From positions 142,591-206,590 of IMG/VR virus record IMGVR_UViG_3300042514_000542: a stretch of 64,000 nt of DNA; one strand, 5' to 3'. Below are positions 40,633-50,018 of this stretch, piece by piece. The notes under the pieces were generated by a model. The model made no database searches. It was given only the letters and a program-made list of their open reading frames with translations, and was not told the origin of the DNA. Both the position numbers and the translations under genes were made by a program. Position 1 is the stretch's first letter, and every line of letters starts with the position of its first letter.

Positions 40633-41031
40633 ATGAAGTTCCGCGATAGAGAAAATGCTTTAATTTGGGAGAGATATGTTGATCCATACACCCAATTAGA
40701 AATGGATGGAGATGAATCATTGAATGATCCTACAGTTGAAGACCCTATGATGGGTGAAGAGGATCTTGAGGTTCTGGCATTTGAACCAGAAATGGATATT
40801 GAAACCGAAGAACATGAAGCGTGTAATGAAGTTATATATTCTGATATCAAAAAACTTGCCGAATATTCAAAAAGAATTCTTGGAATTTGTCAAGAAAAAG
40901 AAATGGAACCTTGGATGCAAGCAAAACTTATAAAAGCTTCTGATTATGTTTCTGAAGTATGGCATAGACTTGATTCGGAAGCAGATTTTGCAAATACTGG
41001 ATTTGAACAGTCCGACAACATTAGTTTCTAA
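40633..41031 (+). CDS. Acidic late protein, candidate internal protein
   Basis: ENALIWE leader; MEPWMQAKLIKASDY; TAAATA upstream. Confidence 0.6.
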   Translation: MKFRDRENALIWERYVDPYTQLEMDGDESLNDPTVEDPMMGEEDLEVLAFEPEMDIETEEHEACNEVIYSDIKKLAEYSKRILGICQEKEMEPWMQAKLIKASDYVSEVWHRLDSEADFANTGFEQSDNISF

Positions 41032-41032
41032 T

Positions 41033-41308
41033 ATGAGTAAGTTTTTGACGAAGAGCGAGGAATATCAATTGATGTGGGAAAAAACCCAAATCAAAGAGTC
41101 CAATGTTCAACCAATAAATGTATTATTGGAATCAAAACATATGTTAGAAAACATAGTAAAAACTATTAATATCAACTCTGGTTCGATGAAACCTATAAAA
41201 GAGAATAAAAATCAACCATCGGTTGATGATGTGGTGAAAGTATATGATACATTACTCAAAATAACCAAACAGATGGGTGTTGATACAACACTTCAACCAG
41301 TGATTTAA
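41033..41308 (+). CDS. Small late protein
   Basis: Start reassigned to MSKFLT; contains IKES and LLES sites. Confidence 0.55.
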   Translation: MSKFLTKSEEYQLMWEKTQIKESNVQPINVLLESKHMLENIVKTININSGSMKPIKENKNQPSVDDVVKVYDTLLKITKQMGVDTTLQPVI

Positions 41309-41311
41309 TGA

Positions 41312-41752
41312 ATGAGAAGTTTCAAGCAATATTTTGTAGAGAAAACCGTTTTAGGTTTGGAAGAAACTATCTACGTTGATGGTGTTGGACAACTACGTGC
41401 GAAATTAGACACGGGAAATGGAGCGTTTAATGTTCTACATGGACAGAAAATTCAAATAGATGGTGATATGGTTAGGTTCACCACTGAAAATGGTGTGGTA
41501 TTAGAGAAACCTATTTCAGATCATATAACAATTAACTTGGGTGCTGGTAATACCGAAGATCGTCCAGTGGTATTATTAAATATAAAAATGGGTGATAAGA
41601 TTTTCAAGGATATCCCATTCTCAATCGGAAACAGATCACAAAATACCCATAAAGTTTTAATTGGTAAGAGCTTCATACAAAATGAATTAGATGCATTAAT
41701 TGATGTGGGTCTTGTAGATGTAGCTAAAAGAAATATAGAAGTTAATATATGA
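41312..41752 (+). CDS. Retropepsin-like aspartic protease (RimK-associated type)
   Basis: LG..E, AKLDTGN, EDRPVV, FSIGNRS, VLIGK. Confidence 0.85.
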   Translation: MRSFKQYFVEKTVLGLEETIYVDGVGQLRAKLDTGNGAFNVLHGQKIQIDGDMVRFTTENGVVLEKPISDHITINLGAGNTEDRPVVLLNIKMGDKIFKDIPFSIGNRSQNTHKVLIGKSFIQNELDALIDVGLVDVAKRNIEVNI

Positions 41753-42249
41753 AAAAGTTTACTCAAAAAGAATTGTTGAATGAGGGGTTTTGGGACAGTT
41801 TTCCAGCTAGAGTTCTTAAGGGTGCTGCTGTTGTTGGTAAATTTGCGACTAAGACACTCGCACCTGAAATATACAACCCTATCTCCAGTGTGGTGTCGGG
41901 AATTAAAGATCTAAATCAACAATTGATTAAAGCTACCACACCAGAGGCTTCATATATAATAAATAAATTGGCGAATCAAGGATATTCAATAGTTGGTGAT
42001 ATTGGTAAGATTAAAATGAGACAAGGGGATGATAAACAATTGTATAAAGTATCAGTTGTAATAAGACAAAATTTTATCAGTTCTGGAGAACCCAATCCTC
42101 AAAAAATATTCTTAGTGGACAAAGATGGTAATATAGTAAGAGATTTAAGTGCTAAAAACGCCGCAAAGGGTGGGAAAAAACCACAAAAACAAAGAGTTTC
42201 ACCAGTTGTAACAAATCCACAAACCAAAAAAGTTCCACCGAAACCTTGA
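41749..42249 (+). CDS. Basic late protein, candidate internal protein
   Basis: QKELLNE-GFWD leader. Confidence 0.6.
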   Translation: MKKFTQKELLNEGFWDSFPARVLKGAAVVGKFATKTLAPEIYNPISSVVSGIKDLNQQLIKATTPEASYIINKLANQGYSIVGDIGKIKMRQGDDKQLYKVSVVIRQNFISSGEPNPQKIFLVDKDGNIVRDLSAKNAAKGGKKPQKQRVSPVVTNPQTKKVPPKP

Positions 42250-42283
42250 CATAATAGACCTGTCTGATATTGTTCTAGTTGTT

Positions 42284-42532
42284 ATGAACAAAATTGAAGC
42301 TAAAAAGTTTGGTGAAGTGTATGTTGCTACCGATGGTGAGAGATCTGCAATTGGTAAGACCGAGGAAGACGCAATTAAAGCTATTGAGGATATGCAAGCA
42401 CTAGCACAGGCCGCTATTGATGAGCAAACATCTAAGAGCAATGCCGCCCCCCTAGAAAATTCTAAGGAGGGACATCCGTTCGATCCATTTGGTGGAACTT
42501 CTTGGTCTGGAAAACGTAATAGTTTTGACTAA
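42284..42532 (+). CDS. Hypothetical protein (early-type promoter)
   Basis: TTGACA at about 42246 and TGaTATTGT upstream. Confidence 0.55.
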   Translation: MNKIEAKKFGEVYVATDGERSAIGKTEEDAIKAIEDMQALAQAAIDEQTSKSNAAPLENSKEGHPFDPFGGTSWSGKRNSFD

Positions 42533-43266
42533 ACGCCCAAAACTTGGGTGATATGTTTGAGCAACGGTGATCTAACAATATCTGTCACATCAAATTCGAC
42601 ACAATGGATGTTATTTTTTCTTGAAAACTCTGTATCGAATAAATCGAAGACATCCGAGAAACCTGAATCTCTAATATCCTTTTGCTTACCATCACCACAA
42701 ATAATATATTTGGTTCCTCTACCAAATCTTGTTAAGATTGTGGTTAATTCAGATCTGGTGGCATTTTGAGCTTCATCAAATATGACAATAGAATTGTTGA
42801 ATGTTAAACCACGGGCAAAGTTAACAGGTATAGCTTTGATATATTCCTGTTCAATCATAGCATTGTAAGATGCTTTATCAGTGGTTTCCAAACATTTTTC
42901 ATTTAGAACCATTGTATATGCTGCAAACTTTTCGTTTTCATCACCCTTTAGATATCCCATAGAACGGGAAGCACTCTCAATGACAGTTCTGATATAAATG
43001 ATCTTATCAGCCTTACGTTCCTTTAACATTTCCAAGGCAGAAAACACGGCACAATATGATTTTGCGGAACCTGCTGGTCCATCTAGAAGAACCATATTCG
43101 TCTTATCATTTTTCACCAAATCTATAAAAGATTTTTGACGATCTGTTAGGGGAAATTGCTTTTTAATAGTTATATTAGAACAATCAAAGTTCTGTTTATA
43201 GTTTTTATTGAATTCATCGGTTATATCCACTTCCTTCCTCTTGCGAGGTGCGCTTTTCTTTTGCAT
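42529..43266 (-). CDS. phoH: PhoH-like ATPase
   Basis: GPAGSAKS, FARGLTF, FDEAQN, LTRFG, GDGKQKD, DIVRS. Confidence 0.93.
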   Translation of the reverse strand: MQKKSAPRKRKEVDITDEFNKNYKQNFDCSNITIKKQFPLTDRQKSFIDLVKNDKTNMVLLDGPAGSAKSYCAVFSALEMLKERKADKIIYIRTVIESASRSMGYLKGDENEKFAAYTMVLNEKCLETTDKASYNAMIEQEYIKAIPVNFARGLTFNNSIVIFDEAQNATRSELTTILTRFGRGTKYIICGDGKQKDIRDSGFSDVFDLFDTEFSRKNNIHCVEFDVTDIVRSPLLKHITQVLGV

Positions 43267-43294
43267 TCATTATTATTTAATATATTTTAGTGAA

Positions 43295-43322
43295 TTGACA
43301 AATTAAAAATAAATGTTAAATT
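43295..43322 (+). promoter_or_regulatory. Sigma70-type promoter heading the kinase/GT operon
   Basis: TTGACA-N16-TAAATT with extended TG, 6 nt before ATG 43329. Confidence 0.55.
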
Positions 43323-43328
43323 ATTAAC

Positions 43329-44057
43329 ATGAGGATAGCAATATCAGGCACGGCAAATTCCGGTAAAACTACATTAATCGATGCATTTAAAAATCGATGG
43401 CCGATGTATACAACACCATCGAAGACATATAGAGATGTAATTAAGGAGAATAATTTAGAACATTCATCCAATACAAATGACGATTCACAATTGTTAATTC
43501 TAAATTGGATGATGGAGGAGCAGAAAAAGTATAATAAAGATTCGTATGTCATCTATGATAGATGTCCATGGGATAATTTAGCATATACATTACAGGGAAA
43601 TGCATTAGATAAAATTTCAGATACAGTTACAGCCGCAACTATTTCCTTTGTTAAGGAATCCATGAAGGATCTTGATATTATTTTCTGGCTGAAGTATAAT
43701 CCAGCTATTAAAGTCGTAGAAGATGGGCTTAGAGATGCTAATGAAGCATATATCAAACAAACAGATCAGGTATTCCAAGGATTATTTGATCAGTATATGG
43801 ATAATCTTGAAGAGGACGTATTCTACCCGAAAGATGACTGCCCTGCAATCGTTTGTATCGATGAACACTTTTCTACAGTTGATGATAGATTAATGTTTAT
43901 TGGTGAATTTTTAGACCGTAAAGGTGATTTGATTGATGGGGAGAGTATGCTATCCGAAGAAAACCTGTCGATCTTAGAAGGAATTTTAGGTGATCAAGGT
44001 CGTGAAAAGGAAAACGAAGATAGAATTAATAAAATCATTAAAGAATTTAAGAAATGA
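43329..44057 (+). CDS. P-loop nucleotide kinase-like protein (AAA_28/NadR type)
   Basis: IAISGTANSGKTT, YDRCPWDNLAYT. Confidence 0.8.
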   Translation: MRIAISGTANSGKTTLIDAFKNRWPMYTTPSKTYRDVIKENNLEHSSNTNDDSQLLILNWMMEEQKKYNKDSYVIYDRCPWDNLAYTLQGNALDKISDTVTAATISFVKESMKDLDIIFWLKYNPAIKVVEDGLRDANEAYIKQTDQVFQGLFDQYMDNLEEDVFYPKDDCPAIVCIDEHFSTVDDRLMFIGEFLDRKGDLIDGESMLSEENLSILEGILGDQGREKENEDRINKIIKEFKK

Positions 44058-44881
44058 TTAACAAAAAAGAAACCATTGGTGTTGGTATTATAACCAAAGA
44101 CCGTCAACACCTTTTAAAAACTCTCATAAAAAGTCTCAAAGAGTGCGATTGGGATGAAATTGTCATTATAAACGATGGAAATAAAATTGAAGTAGATGGG
44201 TGGAATCATTGGTGTTATCATTATATTCAGAGAAATGATACAAATTTGGGGGTTGGTATATCAAAAAATAAAGCATTGAAATATCTTCTAGATATGGGAT
44301 GTGATCATATCTTTTTAATTGAAGATGACATCTTTATTAAAGATGGATCAGTTTTTGAAAAATATATTGAGACATCTAAAAAGACTGGTATTCAACATTT
44401 AAATTTCTCTCAACATGGGAGAATGAACAAAAAATGGCCAAATACAACACCAAATCCAAGAGTAGTCATAGATTATGGTGATGTTAAATTACCACTATAC
44501 CCTCATTGTGTTGGTGCATTCTCATATTATTCTAGAAAATGTTTGGAGATTGCTGGACTTATGGACGAGCGATATTTCAATGCTTGTGAACACGTTGATC
44601 ACACTTTAGAAATTATCAAAGCTGGGATACATCCACCATTTTGGTATTTTGCCGATATTGAAAATTCTTGGGAATATTTGGGTGATGAGGAATGGTCTAT
44701 TGAAAAATCAACCATATCATCTAATCCAAATCATAAACAAATGATGAAAGATGCCGATGTAATTTTTAGAGAGAAACATGGTTGCGTTCCGGGTGAGATT
44801 AAACTACTTGGAATTGATGAGGTTGGTAAAACTTTAAAACGTATTAAAAATGGGTATGGATCTGACAATAGTAACATGTAA
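44054..44881 (+). CDS. GT2 glycosyltransferase
   Basis: IGVGIIT..R, IINDG, NLGVGISKN, LIEDD, EH. Confidence 0.88.
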   Translation: MINKKETIGVGIITKDRQHLLKTLIKSLKECDWDEIVIINDGNKIEVDGWNHWCYHYIQRNDTNLGVGISKNKALKYLLDMGCDHIFLIEDDIFIKDGSVFEKYIETSKKTGIQHLNFSQHGRMNKKWPNTTPNPRVVIDYGDVKLPLYPHCVGAFSYYSRKCLEIAGLMDERYFNACEHVDHTLEIIKAGIHPPFWYFADIENSWEYLGDEEWSIEKSTISSNPNHKQMMKDADVIFREKHGCVPGEIKLLGIDEVGKTLKRIKNGYGSDNSNM

Positions 44882-45557
44882 TTATGATACACCTGATTTA
44901 ATTACCAATTTAATGGTGTCTCTCGCTAATACTTGTGATGATATTCCTTATATGTTGGTTATAAGCACAGGAAAATATCCGCTTTTAAACCCAATGAAAC
45001 CGTTATGGCACAACCATAACATTCCACACACATCTCATGGAGATGCTGTTAATGAGGCTTTCAGTTTAGTAAAAACTAGATATATGTTGTTGGTCGATTC
45101 TGATGTTTTATTTCTCAAGGACTTCTATGAGCCATATGAAAAATTCAAAGAGGGTAGATTTGCATTGATGGGTGAAGTTGTTGGTGATCGTGGCGGAAAG
45201 TTAATATATCCTAGAGTTAATCCATGGTTCTGTTTTATTGATTTGGAGCAACTCAAAGAACACAACATTAAATTCTATGACCATTACCGAACCAAAGAAA
45301 TCAAATCTGAAAAGATATATGATATTGGATCTACAATGTTTGAGGATGTTATAAACGCTGGACTAACAATCGGCAATGCCAATATGGAAAATAAATATTT
45401 TAAACACTATGAGGGTATGTCGTGGAGGGTTCAGAAATACAACCCAAACGATGTGGATACTGACATCGATATCGGAGGAACCCACAATAACAAAGCGTTA
45501 TATGATTATGGTCTGAAAGTCAGAGAACAATATGAAAGGGATGTGGTTAAATTATGA
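44850..45557 (+). CDS. GT2-like glycosyltransferase
   Basis: LTIVTCNY, HGDAVN, LLVDSDV, YDIGS, HYEGMSW. Confidence 0.8.
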   Translation: MGMDLTIVTCNYDTPDLITNLMVSLANTCDDIPYMLVISTGKYPLLNPMKPLWHNHNIPHTSHGDAVNEAFSLVKTRYMLLVDSDVLFLKDFYEPYEKFKEGRFALMGEVVGDRGGKLIYPRVNPWFCFIDLEQLKEHNIKFYDHYRTKEIKSEKIYDIGSTMFEDVINAGLTIGNANMENKYFKHYEGMSWRVQKYNPNDVDTDIDIGGTHNNKALYDYGLKVREQYERDVVKL

Positions 45558-46303
45558 AGAATACAACATTTATTATTCACTTTAGACGAGATTGCGAGGA
45601 TAGAATTTTCAATTTAAAAACTATTTTAAAATATTTATATTCCAATAATCCTCTTGAAATAATTGTCATCAACGATGATAATGTTGTAGACCCAATCATG
45701 AAATGGGTAAAGACCGAGTATCCAACAATAAAATTGTTGTTTTGTGAAAATGAAGATGAATTTAAAAAATCTTATTGTTTTAATATGTCAGCATTACAAT
45801 CAACTGGCGATGTGTTATGTTTTTATGATGTTGATGTTTTAGTATCTCAAGCACAATTAGAAGAATCTCAAAATTTAATTTTGAGTGGACAAGCGGATCA
45901 CGTATACCCATTTAATGGAATTTTTATAGATGTTAAAAAGAAATTTTTTCCTATGTTTATTGACACATTTAATTTTGTCACCCTAAACAATGAGGTAACA
46001 GATACAACTTTAGGATTTTACAATGGAAATATAAATATTATATCTGATAAATCACCAGGAGGATGTAATTTAATATCAAAAAAAGCATTTCAAAAAATTG
46101 GGGGATATGATGAAAATTTCATTGGGTGGGGGTTTGAAGATACCGATTTCAGGGAAAGATCCAAGAAGAAAAATAATGTTCGGTATTTAGAGGGGGATAA
46201 GTATTTATATCATTTAGAACACATAACCCATTGTGATCAAGATAGATCGCAACAACCATATTATGGTAACAATTACAAACAATTTATACTAAATCAAAAA
46301 TGA
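45554..46303 (+). CDS. GT2/GT7-C galactosyltransferase-like protein
   Basis: FYDVD, GGYDENFIGWGFEDTDF, HLEH. Confidence 0.88.
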   Translation: MKNTTFIIHFRRDCEDRIFNLKTILKYLYSNNPLEIIVINDDNVVDPIMKWVKTEYPTIKLLFCENEDEFKKSYCFNMSALQSTGDVLCFYDVDVLVSQAQLEESQNLILSGQADHVYPFNGIFIDVKKKFFPMFIDTFNFVTLNNEVTDTTLGFYNGNINIISDKSPGGCNLISKKAFQKIGGYDENFIGWGFEDTDFRERSKKKNNVRYLEGDKYLYHLEHITHCDQDRSQQPYYGNNYKQFILNQK

Positions 46304-47571
46304 ACACTAAAACATATGTACAAATAGGTGCGAATGTAGGAAACGATGATTTTTATGCGAAAGTTAAAAACTTAACTGAACCATCGATAATACATTTGAT
46401 AGAACCGAACATTACCTTACATTCAGAACTACTTAAATGTTATGAAGAGTTAAGTAAATTGCATAATATTAGTGTTCATGGTTATGGAATTTCAAATAAA
46501 TCGGAACATGTATGTTTAAATCTATATGATAACTCTGGATTATCATCGATTATAAATAGGAAATCATATAGTCATAAAACAACAGCTATCGATATTGTAT
46601 GTAAGTCATTCGATGTTTTTTGCGAGGATAATCAAATATCACATATAGATTATTTATGTATAGATACGGAAGGATTGGATTATGAGATTTTAAATAGTAT
46701 TGACATAAACAGAATCAATATAGATGTTATTGAATTTGAAGAATGGCCGTATGAAAACGATGACGATAATGACAATTATAAGACTGGTGTGACATTTTTA
46801 CAATGTGAAGTTTTACCTAAATATAAAAATTATATCCTCGATAAACTTATTATCGGAGATATGCCAAGTTTTAGGTTAACAAAAAAGAAACTTTCTATTG
46901 CATTTACAACATTTAATAGTAGTCAATTCATTGTAGATGCATTATCTAATATTATATATAATGATATAGTTGATGAAATTATTATATCAGATGATAATTC
47001 GGATGATATAACAACTCTTAAAGAAATAATAAATAATTTCAACTGTCCAAAAATAAAATTATTCACACATGAATATCATTTAAATGCTAGTGTAAATAAA
47101 TATAAAGCTGTAATGTATTGTAAAAACGAATATGTTGCGTTAATAGATAGTGATAATGTTATTGATAATAGATACATTGATTTGATAGATTTTAAATATG
47201 ATGGTATACAAATGCCATCATATGCTAGTCCGAATTTCGATTATAGTAGTTTAGTTGGTGAGTATGACTTAGAGAGTATTAAATGGTTGATGAATAGTCC
47301 AAAACGAGATTTAACTTTACAATGTCTGAATACAGGGAATTATATTTTTCCAAAGTTTAGATATTTAGAAATAGCTAATAATGCATTAGAATTTAAATCA
47401 TATGGGGTTGATGTTTTTTATATATCTTGTTTATGGTTGCATTCTAATTATAATATAAAAATACTCAAGGGGTTAGAATATTTTCATAGATTAAGACCGG
47501 ATAGTTTGTGGATGAAAACCTCGAACGATAGTAATATAGTGATGGGGGAACTGATCAATAAATATTTATGA
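46300..47571 (+). CDS. FkbM methyltransferase-GT2 fusion
   Basis: N-terminal QIGANVG, IEPN, IDTEGLD; C-terminal LSIAFTTFN, ISDDNS, LIDSDN. Confidence 0.85.
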   Translation: MNTKTYVQIGANVGNDDFYAKVKNLTEPSIIHLIEPNITLHSELLKCYEELSKLHNISVHGYGISNKSEHVCLNLYDNSGLSSIINRKSYSHKTTAIDIVCKSFDVFCEDNQISHIDYLCIDTEGLDYEILNSIDINRINIDVIEFEEWPYENDDDNDNYKTGVTFLQCEVLPKYKNYILDKLIIGDMPSFRLTKKKLSIAFTTFNSSQFIVDALSNIIYNDIVDEIIISDDNSDDITTLKEIINNFNCPKIKLFTHEYHLNASVNKYKAVMYCKNEYVALIDSDNVIDNRYIDLIDFKYDGIQMPSYASPNFDYSSLVGEYDLESIKWLMNSPKRDLTLQCLNTGNYIFPKFRYLEIANNALEFKSYGVDVFYISCLWLHSNYNIKILKGLEYFHRLRPDSLWMKTSNDSNIVMGELINKYL

Positions 47572-47622
47572 ATAAACAATTAACCATCGGTACAATATTG
47601 GGTTTTAGAAAGAAAATATAAT

Positions 47623-48237
47623 ATGTTAATAGACTTCAATATATTAAAAGATAAGTATGGTATCACCACACATGGAGTGATACATGTTGGTATGCATAAA
47701 GCAGAGGAATATCCAATTTATAAAAACTGTGGGGTGGAAGAAATTATTTTTGTAGAGGCTAACCGAGATTTGGCGCATGGGTGGGTGAATGATGATCCTC
47801 ATTGTCATGTAGTCCATGCTGCGGTTTCAGATAAAGAAGAAATTATTAAATTCCACATCACCAATAATGGTGAAAGTTCCTCAATTTTAGAGTTGGGTGA
47901 TCATGCTAAGATATATCCACATATTGTAAATGTTGATACTGTTGAAATGAAGACCACCACATTAGATACGATTATTGAAAGGGTTGGTGTTTATAAGTTC
48001 GTATGGAATGTTTTAAATTTGGACATTCAGGGAGCAGAACTCAAGGCTATGAAGGGGCTAACCAATTGGGATAGTATTGAAGCCGTCTTCACTGAAGTAA
48101 ACTATAGAGAGATGTATAAGGGGTGTGGATTGGAACCGGAAGTTACCAAGTTTTTGGAGGATAAGGGATTTGAAAAGGTTGAAGAAGATGATACTGGATG
48201 TGGGTGGGGGGACGCACTATATATTAAAAAGAAATGA
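47623..48237 (+). CDS. FkbM family methyltransferase
   Basis: IHVGMHKAEE, VEAN, SSSIL, LDIQGAEL, WGDALY. Confidence 0.9.
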   Translation: MLIDFNILKDKYGITTHGVIHVGMHKAEEYPIYKNCGVEEIIFVEANRDLAHGWVNDDPHCHVVHAAVSDKEEIIKFHITNNGESSSILELGDHAKIYPHIVNVDTVEMKTTTLDTIIERVGVYKFVWNVLNLDIQGAELKAMKGLTNWDSIEAVFTEVNYREMYKGCGLEPEVTKFLEDKGFEKVEEDDTGCGWGDALYIKKK

Positions 48238-48992
48238 AAAATAAATGTTACGTTGATGTTAGTGGCGGTATTGGAAATCAGCTATTTAAGGTGGCTAATG
48301 GATATGCTTATAGCCAAAGGTATAATTTAGAGTTGGTTATAGATCCAACTAATTGGACAGCATCTCAAGGAACTAGTCCAATTCTATACCAATCCAATAT
48401 ATTTAAAAATTTTAACATTATCCCTAGAGGTGAAACTACAGAAATTCATGAAATATCCTTTAATTTTATGGAACTACCGAAATATGATTGGTCATATGGT
48501 GATATATCTCTACATGGTGGTTTTCAATCTCTGAAATATTTTGAAGATTATAAGGATGAGTTTATCAGTCTACTATGTTTACCGAAGGTAGATACATCAT
48601 TTATATCATCGGATGCTAATATAGCGTTTCATATTAGATTTGGTGATTATCAACATTATCCCAAAATATTTGGAGATATTACTAACTATTTCCATAAACA
48701 ATTTGAGAAGTTTTCTCCAGATTTTCAGATTAATGTATTTTCGGATTCTCCAGAATTAGTATTGAATAAATTCCGAAACTATAAATTTAATCTAATAAAA
48801 ACATCATCCGAGTTGAATGACTTGACTTTACTTTCTCTACATGATAGGATAGTTTGTAGTAACTCGACATTCTCTTGGTGGGCATCATTACTGGGTGCGA
48901 AAAAAGAATTGATTATCGTACCCGATAAATGGTTATTAGATCGAGATTGTAAAGATATATATTACGAAGGAATGATAAAAAATGAGTTTTAA
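48234..48992 (+). CDS. GT11 alpha-1,2-fucosyltransferase-like protein
   Basis: GGIGNQLF, FQSLKYF, HIRFGDY, FSD, NSTFSWW. Confidence 0.9.
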   Translation: MKNKCYVDVSGGIGNQLFKVANGYAYSQRYNLELVIDPTNWTASQGTSPILYQSNIFKNFNIIPRGETTEIHEISFNFMELPKYDWSYGDISLHGGFQSLKYFEDYKDEFISLLCLPKVDTSFISSDANIAFHIRFGDYQHYPKIFGDITNYFHKQFEKFSPDFQINVFSDSPELVLNKFRNYKFNLIKTSSELNDLTLLSLHDRIVCSNSTFSWWASLLGAKKELIIVPDKWLLDRDCKDIYYEGMIKNEF

Positions 48993-49329
48993 AGCATCGA
49001 ACTACCTAATTTTCGACCAGTCTAAAAACGAACTGGATAATGAATTACTTGAGGAATTTAATCCTTGGATGACAACCAAAACATTCTCATTTTATAATGA
49101 TGGGGAATTCATTCATTATATCAATGATTTTTTGAATGGTAATACCAACATCTTCAAAACTAAAGAAGAACAATTTAAATATTATGAGAATGTCATTCCC
49201 AGACAGAAATTTAAAAGAATAACTTATATTAAGAAATCTAAAACCGAAAAAGTCGAAGAGTATCCAATTCCAGAATTTTACTCTAGGCGCGAGATCGACT
49301 TATTTGAAAATATAAATATCATCACATGA
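48982..49329 (+). CDS. gp62: Clamp-loader small subunit (gp62-like)
   Basis: FNPWMTTKTFSF...IN..LN...EQFKYY..VIPRQKFKRITYIKK...YSRRE resembles the gp62 pattern. Confidence 0.6.
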   Translation: MSFKASNYLIFDQSKNELDNELLEEFNPWMTTKTFSFYNDGEFIHYINDFLNGNTNIFKTKEEQFKYYENVIPRQKFKRITYIKKSKTEKVEEYPIPEFYSRREIDLFENINIIT

Positions 49330-50003
49330 TAACTCTAATTACACCAACTGGCGGAAGACCTAAATCATTTGCATTGCTAGAAAAATATATGAGTAGGCAG
49401 TCAATGCCTTTCGATCAATGGATCGTAGTTGACGATTTTGAAACACCAACTCCATGTAATTTAGGACAAATGGTTATTCGTAGGCAACCCTTTTGGAAAC
49501 CTGGTGAAATGACCTTACCTTTAAATATATTAACCGCACTACCATGGGTTAGAGGGGAATATATATTGATCGTTGAGGATGATGACTGGTATAATCCTGA
49601 TTATATTAGAATAATGGTTGACCGATTGCAAAATTATGATCTAGTTGGTGGGGGTATTGCCCACTATTATAATGTGTCAACATTTCGTCATATAATACAC
49701 GGAAATACTCTAAATGCTAGTTTATGTGAAACCGGATTTAGACGAAGTGTTATGGATTCTATCGAGTCATGTATTCAATCTCACATCAATGAAATGTATG
49801 TTGATGGATATATATGGGATTTACCATTGAATAAATTAGTGTTCAATGACTCGGTTAATTGTATTGGTATAAAAGGTATGCCGGGTAGAGGGGGGCTTGG
49901 TCATGGACATCTAATTGATTTTGGATATCTAGACTCAACACCCTTCGATACATTACAAAAATGGATTGGGGATGATGTCAAATATTATAAAGATTTGCGA
50001 TGA
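49326..50003 (+). CDS. GT2-like glycosyltransferase
   Basis: ITLITPTGGRP, WIVVDD, IVEDDDWY. Confidence 0.85.
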   Translation: MITLITPTGGRPKSFALLEKYMSRQSMPFDQWIVVDDFETPTPCNLGQMVIRRQPFWKPGEMTLPLNILTALPWVRGEYILIVEDDDWYNPDYIRIMVDRLQNYDLVGGGIAHYYNVSTFRHIIHGNTLNASLCETGFRRSVMDSIESCIQSHINEMYVDGYIWDLPLNKLVFNDSVNCIGIKGMPGRGGLGHGHLIDFGYLDSTPFDTLQKWIGDDVKYYKDLR

Positions 50004-50018
50004 TAGTTTACGTAACTA

